Positions 25,969-37,669 of a DNA stretch of 64,000 bases are shown here, piece by piece. The translations under genes and the position numbers were made by a program. Position 1 is the stretch's first letter. Every line of letters starts with the position of its first letter. The notes below the pieces were generated by a model. That model ran no database searches, was not told where the DNA came from, and saw only the letters and a program-made list of their open reading frames with translations. The DNA is from Schmidtea polychroa (lineage: Eukaryota): NCBI GenBank assembly GCA_044892525.1, contig CM097885.1, positions 19,222,001 to 19,286,000 on the forward strand. The letters are read 5' to 3'.

Positions 25969-27048
25969 ATGATGTGGAAATCATCCAGTCAATTCTTCGA
26001 TTTAGACGTTGAAGAAATGAGCAATTCTTCATTGAAAGTGAATAGATCTCTTGATTTAGAAAGATATTCCATTCTGTCTCAAGTCTCATTAGCAGCTCTG
26101 CTATCTGTGATCTGTGTGGGAACAATTGTTGGGAACCTCTTGATTATCACTGCCGTGTTCCTAGTCAGGAAGCTTCACACTCCCAGCAATTGTTTAGTCT
26201 TTAGTTTAGCTTGTAGTGATTTTCTTGTCGCAATCATCGTCATACCATTTGCCATCATAGCCCAAATCAAAGGATATTGGCTCTTCAGTGAATTTACGTG
26301 TGATTTTTTTATCTTTTTGGATATTTTGCTCTGTACTGCTTCGATTTTGAATCTGTGTTGCATTTCAATTGATAGATATTTCACAATTCTTCAACCTCTC
26401 AGTCGATACGGAACAAACTTTCGGCCTGCATTCTTGATGATTTGTTTAATTTGGATTCTTTCCGGATTAATATCGATACCTCCCGTGACGGGTTGGAAAG
26501 AACCTTTCAACTTAGGTCACTGCACATATAGTGAGAGTTTATGGTATCAAACATATGCCACCCTTGGTGCATTTTATATTCCTCTTGTTGTCATGTTGAT
26601 TCTATATAGTCGGATTTATCAAGTAGCCAAAAAGATTGCTAAAAATAATAACATAAACCAGACATTTATGGGGATGAAATTTTCCAAAAATGGGCCGAGA
26701 GATTTGATTTTGAAACAGTTTTCTCTAATCGCTTCTCCGTTGAATACAATTCCACTTATGAAAAATTCTCTGAGTCCAAATGATCGGTTTTCCCAGGTTT
26801 TGACTACTGAAAATTCTTATTTCAAATATAATATTAATGATGACATACTTTCTGTTTCAAAATTGCAGCAACGTAAAAGTGATGAATCTGACATCACAAA
26901 TTCTGATTATTGGAACACTATCAAGTCTAAGAAGGACAGACAGAAATATTTATCCAAAAAAATAATCTCTGAAAGTAAAGCCATAAAAACTCTGGGAATA
27001 TTAATGGGTTGCTTTACGTTTTGTTGGTTTCCCTTTTTCACGCTACAG
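25969..27048 (+). CDS. Serotonin receptor (5-HT7-like aminergic GPCR), coding exon TM1-TM6
   Basis: GN..I (TM1), SLACSD (TM2), DILLCTASILNLCCISIDRY (TM3 Asp and DRY), YQTYATLGAFYIPL (TM5), CWFPFF (TM6). Ends at donor CAG|GTTAGT. Confidence 0.9.
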
Positions 27049-28314
27049 GTTAGTATATAATGTAATATTTTTTTTCAATAAATTTCATTAATATTTTAAT
27101 TTAAAAGTACAATTTTTAATTTCGAAATTTAATGAGCAAACGAGAAACTGTTTGATACATTATAATTTATGTATTATTATTAATTTAATATTAATTTTTT
27201 ATTATTTTTTTTATTATTATAATATTCTTTAATTTTATCACTTTCACAGGTTTCACCATTGAAATTAAAAAATAATTAATTGTCGGTTTATTTAAATAAA
27301 ATATTTGAACAAGTAAAAACAAAAAGTAAAAAAAAAATTATTATTAACTATAACCAAAAATATAAAATTATGGCTATTGTTTTAATGAATGTGCATTAAA
27401 TTTATTTTATTTAGTATCTTTTTATTGGTCGATTTAAATTGATGTAGATATATTTGTTTATTTTTTTATTGTTGTCAGAAAAATCTTTTTTTTAATTTCT
27501 TCTATCTTCTTTTCCTATTTTGAATGACTTATTTATTGAAATATATATTAAATTAAGATAAATTTATTAATGTTTTTAATATTATTTAATGTGCGATATT
27601 TGCAGCTATTTCTAATAATAAATTAGTAGCAGTCTGTTTTTTGTCACTTGCCGTAAAAGAAGCATTTCAAATATTTGGCACTGGTTAAATACAAGAAAAA
27701 AAGAATTTGGTTTACTTCATGGCGTAATGGACATTTATGAAAATATTGAATCAAATATTTTTAGATTTGATTGTTTATCATATTGAATTATCCAATAAGA
27801 AAGGGTGGAATTTTCGTTTATGTTGTTTTCAAAAACAAAATACTGTTCATAAACTATTTAATGCATAAACCGTCTCATAGCTGTTATTTTAATATGTCAT
27901 TTGAAAATTGTTAATTATATTTGTCTACACCAGTGGATCTTGACTGATAAACGCGGCTCTCATAAAAATTTTAAAAAAAATCATAATATCTAAATTTACA
28001 TACAGAGCACAAAAACAACAAACAATATTTTCTTTTTAATGCATAATTCGTTCAATGATAAACTTTTATTGTTTTAATTAATCTTTATATTCTTTTCATT
28101 TATTCCCTCTTTCAAACTAAGAAATCACACTAGATTTACTTTTTAAATACATTATTTTATAAATTATACTTTTTTAAACTTATTATTGCGCATAAATATA
28201 CCATAAGCTATATCCTTTTATTGTGGTTTCGTAATATTGGCTTTTGAATTCTTTTTTTATAATAATGGCTCAAATTACAAAATTCTCCCGACCTGTGGTC
28301 TGAACAAACGAGAT

Positions 28315-28565
28315 AAAACATTCTGTAATAATGTTTTAATTATAAGATAACGCCAATCAAACATTCTTTTCACGATTAATTTCGACAGTTTTCCTGTCAT
28401 CATCAGGTGGGATATAATAACTCATTAAATTAAGGATTTTAAACAAATTTAATTATATATAAAAAAAATTTTTTTTTTCATTTTATAAAAAAATATATTA
28501 TTTTTTGAAAATTTTAACATTTAAAATTTAATTTAATAATTTAAAATTTTTTTATTAATTATTTA
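28315..28565 (-). mobile_element. Penelope 3'/pLTR fragment
   Basis: Reverse complement of the terminus seen at about 41330-41480 and 61700-61890 (aaaatccttaat...tcccacctgatgatgac...aaagaatgtttgattggcg). Confidence 0.8.
28371..28409 (-). ncRNA. Minimal type I hammerhead ribozyme motif in Penelope pLTR
   Basis: Minus strand reads cac-CUGAUGA-U-GACAG-gaaaa-CUGUC-GAAA-uuaa-UC-gug. Intact core, 5-bp stem II, palindromic stem III (AUUAAU), AUC cleavage triplet, 3-bp stem I. Confidence 0.7.
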
Positions 28566-28729
28566 ATTTAACACAACAATCAATACATACAATACACAAA
28601 AGCTTATTTAAAATCACTCAACACACACAAGTATATACTGCATTCTGCACATTAATTTTCGGATTCAATGATTTTATTTAATTGTTTTAATTGTTGCAAA
28701 GATAAAGTGTTGTATAAGTAAAAGATGGC

Positions 28730-28860
<131 letters not shown>

Positions 28861-30199
28861 CAAAATGCATAATTTATTATGTGTTTCTTTATTTGTAAAA
28901 AATTGTTTTTTAATTTCCTCCATAAATTCTGATATTATCTATTGGCCATCCCAAAATATAATTTTAAAATTTAGTAATTTGTAATATAATAATTTGTAAA
29001 TTATATTTTCTATATTATTATTTTATCAATCAAATGAAATTGTGTTCTTGAAATAGAGTTATAACTTCCTAATGTAATCAATCTAATTGGTTGAAACGTA
29101 CCAGAAATTAGAAATTATTATGATATCAACCAATCGGATTACGTCGTAGGGTTTCGGTATTCAATCAATTTAGAAAATAAGTTTGATATCAATGCCAATT
29201 AATAAATTTAATAATTTATTATATTTATAATATTAATTATTTTTAGAAAAATAAACTAGCCTTAGCAAGACAAAACAAGTTGTATTTCAATAAAAAAATA
29301 TAATAATATAACTTAACTTTGTAATCATTTTTGATACATAAGTTTATCTTGTAGATTTTTCAAAACAATGGAGATTAAAATTGTTACTTTCACAATATTT
29401 CGTTCAGTATAAATTTTTCGGCAAAGCGAATTTGCTATATTGTTGAAAATATCTATTAATAACATCATTGATTCCATAAATGAAAACAAATTAATAATAA
29501 AAATAAATAATCTTTAATAAATAATTATAAATAGATATATTTGTTGATTTAATTTAAGATTTTACTGATAAAAAGAATATTAGCTATAAATTTTGAGTCA
29601 ATAAATTATTTTTATTTAATTAAAATTCGTAGAAAAAATAATTGATCAGTAAAATTGAATAAAATATATTTTATTTTATATTATAATATTACTAAGATTA
29701 TAAAGATTTATTAAATAAAGACTTATTTAATAAAATTATTTTTCATAAACAATATTATTCAAAGTCTTTTAAATGCCATTGTAAATCGTTCTGTTTATGT
29801 AAAAATTAATTAAATAACAAAATCAGATTTTGTCAATTTTATAACAAAAATTAGAAATAAAGAAAATAAAAGTGACCTTATATTGATGTATAACTTATAT
29901 AAAATATCATTTTTATCGTGAATGTTAAGTTAGTATGTACTTGTTAGTTTCGTGGATGTTATGAAAATGTTATGTTTGGGGGTCGTTATTCGATGAATTG
30001 TTATTTAATGAGAAAATTGATGAGCCCGAAAGAGTCTCCGTTAAACCTTGTGGCGGGACAATCGGGGTGCAGGCTGTGTTTTGTAATAAGATAGTAACAA
30101 ATTAAAAATAAAATTAATAATCAACAATAATACTTATCTTACCAAAACTTTTATTAACCAAAACCAAAATAATAATACTTTGAAAATTAATACTTTGAT

Positions 30200-30430
30200 T
30201 CCGAGATTAATTCGATCGTCAAGGGATAACGCCGTACAAGGATTGGAATGGTCTTCCGTTAGATTCTGTAATTAATTCAATGGTCGATAGATAATACAGT
30301 ACTAAGATTGGGGGAGATTTTCAATTCGATTCCGTAATAAATTCGATTGTCAATAGATAATACAATACTAAGGTTGGGGAGATTTTCAGTTTGATTCCGT
30401 AATAAATTCGATTGTCAATAGGTAACACAA
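30200..30430. repeat. Tandem repeat, unit about 65 bp, two clear copies plus a diverged one
   Basis: atagataataca.tactaag.ttggggagattttca.tt.gattccgtaataaattcgattgtca is repeated. Confidence 0.75.
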
Positions 30431-30939
30431 CTTGAAGCTACTGTTATTTTCTGTTTAATTCAATCTTCTTATATTTAGATTATTTATCGACTTTTTAAAA
30501 TTTGTTATTCATTTTCTATAGTGATAATTTACTATGGTAAATTATCACTGTATAGTTTGTTTTTTTTTTTAAAAAAAAAATAAAAAACCTTCTCCACGTG
30601 CAACGTGCAGAATTGTTATTTGCATTCAGATCATCCAATTAACAAAACCAAAAAAAATAAAGAATTACAATACATTACAGTGAATATTAGCAAAAATTGA
30701 ATTTTAATTTGTAAACATTTTTTAGTTTAAATTCTGACTTGAATTATAACAAATTATATCAATATTAAAAAATTCATTCACAGTGAAAAAATATTAAAAA
30801 ATTGAAAATGTTAAAAATTTAAAAAATATTCGATTATTAAAATAATTTTTAAAAATTTGAAAAGTACAATTTAAGTATTTAAAAAATTTATAAAAATTAT
30901 ATTTCACTAAAGATTAAAAAGATAATTAAAAAAGAGTTT

Positions 30940-31760
30940 TAACTGAATTATTATGATTTCATGGAGTTTTAATCAGAGCTCGGTTTAAAATTATATAAAT
31001 TATAATCTGTATAATTAAATATTGAAGAATGATGATGATATAAATTTATGTATTAAAATAAATATTTTTTGGAAATAAATTATTATTTGTAGTGTTATTG
31101 CAACTGACAACCAATAAAAATATTCACAAATCTAGAACATCATATATAAAAACCAATGGTCCGAATATGGAACATTGTTGTAGAATATTATTATTTAATT
31201 TCACTTTGGGACAATGTGGCAGCCAGAATGATTATGTGATTGCTAGGGTTAGTAAAGTAAGTAAAATTAAAGTTAAAAACATAAAAAAACAAGTGATTTA
31301 TTATGAATAATATCATATTTTTATTCAAATTTTAACTATTTCAAATTATTTCATAACTTGATGCATAAATTCATCCTGTTGTGGTATCCGAATATCTGAT
31401 AATAGTTCACCATTGTAATCTTTCCTCTCTAGGTATTTCATCCAATAATTGAATTCTGAGGATCCAATATTATAATTTTTTATCTCTGTGCCTTCAGGAA
31501 AACATATTAATTCACATGTGAAAAGACCTTTTTTGAATATTTTTTCATTTCGACTAAACTTGTCATTGATTTATTACGGTAAACCATTCCAAATTTATTA
31601 TGTTGAAAAATCCAGAATTGTTCATAATACATTGAATTAAGTTAAGAAGAACAACACATCTCGAAGGTTTACATTTAGAGTTCCGATAAAAGTTCCATAA
31701 TATTTCATTTTTAAGCAAAATTCATTGTAGGTATTTTTGAATCTAAACTTTATTTACAAA
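30940..31760 (-). mobile_element. Highly degraded CR1/L2-like LINE fragment
   Basis: Minus strand near 31100-31190 reads ILQQCSIFGPLVFIYDVLDL, resembling the RT motif GVPQGSILGPLLFxxYxxDL. Boundaries approximate. Confidence 0.35.
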
Positions 31761-32630
31761 ATTGAACTAGTAAGATGTATTTTATTATTTGTTTAACATT
31801 TAATTTATGCCGCTACCAAGAAACCATCATATTATAATATTCTTTTACTAATGACATACAAATTATATTAAAAATTAAATTAAATTATAAAATTAAAATT
31901 AGGAAATATTATTGGATTAATTAAAATAAAATATAAATAAAATATGATTAAACCAAAAAATTTATTATAAAATACGAAATAAAAAGATATTTATGAATTT
32001 TTTAGGGCCGTAACAAAGGTGATGCGAGCGGTGCATCAACATCTGAAAGGAGCGTAAAATTGGGATGTACTAATTTTTTAATGTCACCAAAAAATGAAAA
32101 ATAAAAAATAATAAACGCCATGAAAGAAAAAAACGACATCCTAGCTAGCCTATCTTTAACATTACTGGTTGGACTGGTCCATTAGCGTGCCTTCGTATGT
32201 GTGTATTTTATAAAATATTAGTCCACAAAATGGGTTCCTGTCATTTCTTTCAATTAGAAACAGAATTTTAAGAGCATTACTACCTATTATATAATAGCTG
32301 GAGATGAATACATAGTCAACAATCTTAACATGAACATTATAATGATTATAGTAGACTGTTTTGAATTCACGTGTTGGAACGCCAGATATATGAACCGCAC
32401 TCTGCGCAGTAATGCCTTGTTACGGCCTTGGAATTTTTATTTCATATATTATTGTTATTTTCCCCGGTTTCATAATTATTATGAATATTGTTCAACAATT
32501 TTGTTTTTTAATATGTGAAATTTTTATTTTATTTAGCAATTTTTCAAATTTCAATTTCTGTAAATGTTAAATTTATTATTTATTTTCTATTATTTTATTT
32601 TGCATATATTTTTACATTTCCTCAAATTTG

Positions 32631-32705
<75 letters not shown>

Positions 32706-34512
32706 TTATAATCATTTGGTAAATATCTTAAGCCAAACGGGCAATAAATTTAATTTTACATTGCGTTATCCAATAGAATTAGTTAGTGATTACACAAGCC
32801 CTACTGGTCAAAGAGTTTTTACAATGATGTTATATGAAAATCCTAAATCCGAATTTCAATTTTTTGATAAAATAACGAGAACCTTCGGAAGTTAGATTCC
32901 CCTCCAATATTATATTAAATGGCACTTTGCATTTTTTTTAATTTTCGGTTTATCTCCCAACGTTATTCTTTTATATTTTTACCTGCCCATTATTGTTTAT
33001 ATTTTTATAACAAATGTTATTTATTAGTATTTATTGGCTAAAAATAATTTGGATAAAAATCTGTCTTTTAAGAAATCTCAAAATTGATTAAAATTTTATC
33101 TTAAAATAGATGTAGAAATAAACTGAATTCGTATAAATATTTAATTATTTTTTTTCCATTTTAACTATCTTTTATCAATAGTCTTCTTCATTTCCGTCAA
33201 AGTTAATTATAATCATATTCTTTTATAATAAATCTTTCTACCAAAAAACTTGAAAGAAGGTATTATTTACTTTTATAATAATAAAAATATTAATTGTACA
33301 TATTTATGGAAAAATGAAACGAATATATTTGATAAGAAAATTTATTTTTTAGGTCACTTTTGATATGACATTATTTTTATTTTCATTTTGATAAAAAAAA
33401 TCATAGCCGAAAATTTGTGTTGAGTATAATAAAAAATATTTGATCTTTATGTAGTGCCTCTGACTAGCACTTTTATTAATTTAATAATTGAACTAAAATA
33501 TATTATTAAATTAAATAAATTAAAATTAAAAATTAAAAACAATTGTTTAAATAATCTTTTACTTTAACTTTTTACAAAAATCATTATCGAATTCAATTTA
33601 AAAAAATCATCAAATTCAAATATGTCTAACGAAGTAACTGAAGTTGTCACTGAAGTCGAACAAGTTGAAGAAGTTGAAAAATCATCAAATCGAGTCAAAA
33701 TCAATGGAACAAATATGTCAGAAATACAGGAAACAGAAACCTTCATCGTATTCACAATGATATCTCTAGTGATGTTCAAGTTCTTCGACAATGTTAATAA
33801 CAATAAATTATTTGTTCAAGTTAATCGTATGTCTCTACACTTTACTCTAAATAAAAATTAATAAAATATAATAAATGATATTTTAGATCAGAAATAATTA
33901 TTCAGAAAGTCACTAGAAATCATTGTTTACTCAAAACACAAATTTGTTTATTTAAAAGTCAAATTATTTAAATTTTTAATAATTTTTAAATCAATATTTT
34001 ATTATTTATTTTGCTGTTTTCTTTTAAAATACATACGAATAACACTTATTTTACAAGATACATTTAAACAAAAGAAACTATTAAATTAATATTACTTAAT
34101 TTTAATTAATCTTGTAAAAAGAGAAAGATTTATGAGAAAATTTAAGAATAAATTTATTCATAAAAGAAAATTAATTAAAATCTAAATTGAATTGTATTAA
34201 TCAAAGCAGTTATCAAAATAAAATTAAAAAACGGCAATTTGACATTAATCATTTTTACATTTTAAACATAAGTTCACTGAATTAAAAACTTTTACATAGT
34301 TTTAAAAAGAATGTTTTACAAGTCTATACGGGGCTTAATAAGCAATGCGCCAAAAATTTGCAATTATCATTAAAAATTTATAAACCCTTTGAGCGTCAAA
34401 TAGCGTGATCACGCTTCTGCTCCCGCACGCACTAATACGATCTCTATTTCATACTTGTCTATTCTTGTTTATTGTTTTTTTATTCCGATTCTGTATTTAT
34501 GTGACTACATAA

Positions 34513-34725
34513 CACTAGATTTACGGGTAAAAATAGCCGTAAAAATAGGTATACCTAATTCGATATGGAAATGAGGGAGTCGATAGAGGAGAGTCATTAA
34601 TATTTACCTATATTTCATGACGTATCTTAAAACCAACATATGTATTCAAAAAATAATCAGTATTATATTATATGTAGCAATAGAATTTTAAATGAGTCAA
34701 ATTGGCTCAGCCGGTAAATCTAGTG
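34513..34725. mobile_element. piggyBac-like MITE
   Basis: TIR CACTAGATTTAC / GTAAATCTAGTG flanked by ATAA and TTAA. Confidence 0.7.
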
Positions 34726-34769
34726 TTAATAAATTTGTTATGAAATCGCAATAACTGTGAATAAAAAGC

Positions 34770-35460
34770 GAAATTCATCACTTTCTAATTTCCTTCAAAG
34801 GTAATAGGATTTAAAGCTCCATCTTGAAATTCTTAGCTGTATTGTTCGGATAAAAGAGTTTGTAACTATTGTTCTGTGAAATAATAAAAAATAGTTTTCT
34901 TCATTTTTAAATTTTTGATGAATATTTAGACTTTACAGAGTATTGATTCTTCTTTCCTGTTTTTTGCTCAAAAACTAGCTTTCTATATCGTTATTGTCAT
35001 AGTCTATAATAGCATACAGGAATCTGGTTCGAATTGATATTTGTTATATGAAATGCATTGTCTCTCCAATTTCTGTCTAAGACTTTACTGAATGATGACG
35101 TAAATCATTTTGATATAAGCATATGATGAACAATTTTATATATCTGTTCGTACAATGTTTTTTGAAGAAACATAACCGGTTTCAATCTATTAAATCCCTG
35201 GTGAGATGCGTGACCATATTCATGCTTGAATTTGGGCAAAACGTATAAACAAGCTTAATTATCTTAATTATCTTGATATACGAAATATCATTCAGTGTTC
35301 TGTTTAATCTCTCAACATGAGCAACTTGGTTTTAATTGGAAAAACACGAGCGAAACGATTGAAAACATTTATGGATGTTAAAGGAATCATTTCCATAAAA
35401 TCTATTTGTCATACATCATCAATGATATAAGTATTATATTCTCTTGTGAGTGGACGAACG
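34770..35460 (-). pseudogene. Second Maverick remnant: integrase followed by penton N-terminus
   Basis: Manual minus-strand translation: IIDDV*QIDFMEM..LTSINVFNRFARVFPIK..AHVERLNRTL; FSKVLDRNWRDNAFHI; then FFIISQNNSYKLFYPNNTAKNFKMEL/NPITFEGN*KV. Same gene order as 1-255. Confidence 0.7.
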
Positions 35461-35878
35461 AGAGGAAATGTCCACCAACTTCACAGGAAAAGAGCACTGG
35501 TTTGAAAAATACAACATAATGATCAGACATGAAGAATCTTTTACATTTAATTAATTTTTTCAAGTTTAGCAGTTTTATTTGGGTATTTGTAAATATTAAA
35601 CAATAATGATTTATTATGTAATTATATTTAGAATAAACTAACATTTCTTTTAATTTACGTTAGTTTTAAAGTAAATTTTGGAAATATATAAACCTATTTA
35701 AGTGAGCGTATAAACTAATAACTTTCCACCAATATTGCATTATTTTTCTACATTAATTGGAATATTAATTTAGTTTCCTGTAATTATTTCCTTTTTATAC
35801 TAAATCTCTGTTTTGATCTTAAAGTAAAAAATAATTTAATATGCATATAATTTCTTTTCACAATCCTCAAAATTATTA

Positions 35879-35909
<31 letters not shown>

Positions 35910-37452
35910 CTTTATTATTATAATTATTTTTTTACGAATGATACCCCCCAACCTTTTTTTATTTATTATTTTTGACTGAAAATTCATTTAATTATGACTA
36001 TTTTATTATATAACAACCCGTGAATGGTATTTTATAAATTATTTGATGCTTTTAAAAAACATTTTACCAAATTTTTATTTGAAAAGTTAGTGTAAAGTAT
36101 ATAATTTAATTTTAAATGTATTTTTAAATTGCATATATTTTGAATATTGTTAGACGCAATTAAATTCAAATCTTCTTCAAGCATTTATTTTTTATAACAA
36201 CTTCAAATTGTATCTTTTTCTAGCGTATTTAAACACCGAGGCGTGATAATTCTTAATATTAATGTAATTACTGGTCATACATTTAATTGATTTAATTTAA
36301 TATAGAATTTAAATATAAAAATTTAACAAAGATAATTATTTCTACTAACTGATCTCACTTCTATCATTTAACCATAATAATTTTATATAAGGGTTTACTA
36401 ACTCCTTATAAATATTATTAAGTTACTTTTTATTTCTATTGTCTTATTCCATCAATAAGTTTAAACAGTCTATAACTGTTAATAAATTAATTTCTTATTT
36501 ACATTTATTTGAGAATTTAAAAATGTTACTTATAAAATTTATATTTTTAAATTATAGTATTTAATTGATGATTTAATTTTAATTGTGTTTTATAAAAGGC
36601 ATATTTTTGTATATTACATTTAACTTATTTAACTTATTTTGATTGAAAAAGGTAATAACTAATAATTAATATTATCTTTTATGATAATTGTTTTCGAAAT
36701 TGAATTATTTGGTGTAAAATAGTAAATTTAATAATAAATAGCTATTATTTTAGAATTTATTTTAGTCAAAAATTATAAAAAGACCTAATCAATCAAATAC
36801 CATTTTTTTATGTAATAAAATAGTCACGGCTTGTTATGTAATAAAATAATCATTTGTGGATTAAACACTCCTTTATCAGAATAAATGTCTATCAATAGCA
36901 CTTTATTAAAATATTTTTATTCGTTAGTAACTCATCTATTACAAATAATTTTAATTATATATCATCCTCACTTATAGTCCCCTGATTCTCGATATTTCAC
37001 TAATTAATATTTAATCACTTCTTTTCCCCTACAATTATTTATTTTAAAATTGTACTAAATATTTCTATGTAATTGATAATTTTTAGTAAAATCATTTTAA
37101 TTAATTCCTTTCTTATCCACCTTTATCTTATCTATGCCACTTCTCATTATATTTTCATTTACTTCCCTTAATACCATTAATGAATAATTCTAACACTTGT
37201 TTTCACCCTTTTGAATTTATTAATTAATTTATCATAAAGTAATGAATATTTTACTCACTTTAATGAAAATTCTTACCACCAGAGAATAATATTGCCAATT
37301 TTATCAGTTTATGAAATAATAATTCTCTTTTCATTTTTATCCTACAATTGCTTACCACTTTGGAATAATACTTTTAATCAAAGTTCTTTATTTGTGATAA
37401 TTTGACTGATTTAATAATAAATTTAATGGTTAATTCGTTTTATTATATGTTG

Positions 37453-37665
37453 TTTAATTAACCACGTTTTTAGACACTGAACATGGTATCTATGCTGACA
37501 GGGCAACTCGTACACTTCATCGGCCACCTCATAACCTGACGGACAAATGGAACCTGTATCATTAGCTTCGGTAATTTTCTTGACTTGTAATTTCTCAATA
37601 TCTGCCTCATTTCCTGGTGGAGGACCACTCTATTCAAATTGATTCATAATTCTAGTTACAAAATT
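37453..37665 (-). pseudogene. RNF126/RNF115-like RING-H2 E3 ligase fragment
   Basis: One frame: NFVTRIMNQFE*SGPPPGNEADIEKLQVKKITEANDTGSICPSGYEVADEVYELPCQHRYHVQCLKTWLIK. Matches the NQFENTGPPPA...CxxC...LPCxHxFHxxCIxxWL pattern. One stop; first Cys reads Gly; last CxxC missing. Confidence 0.8.
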
Positions 37666-37669
37666 GTTT

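Noticed and set aside
30015..30045. ttgatgagcccgaaag as a hammerhead
   Set aside because: No closed stem II followed by a second GAAA box.
30200..30430. CRISPR-like array
   Set aside because: Units repeat in full with no unique spacers, and the context is eukaryotic.
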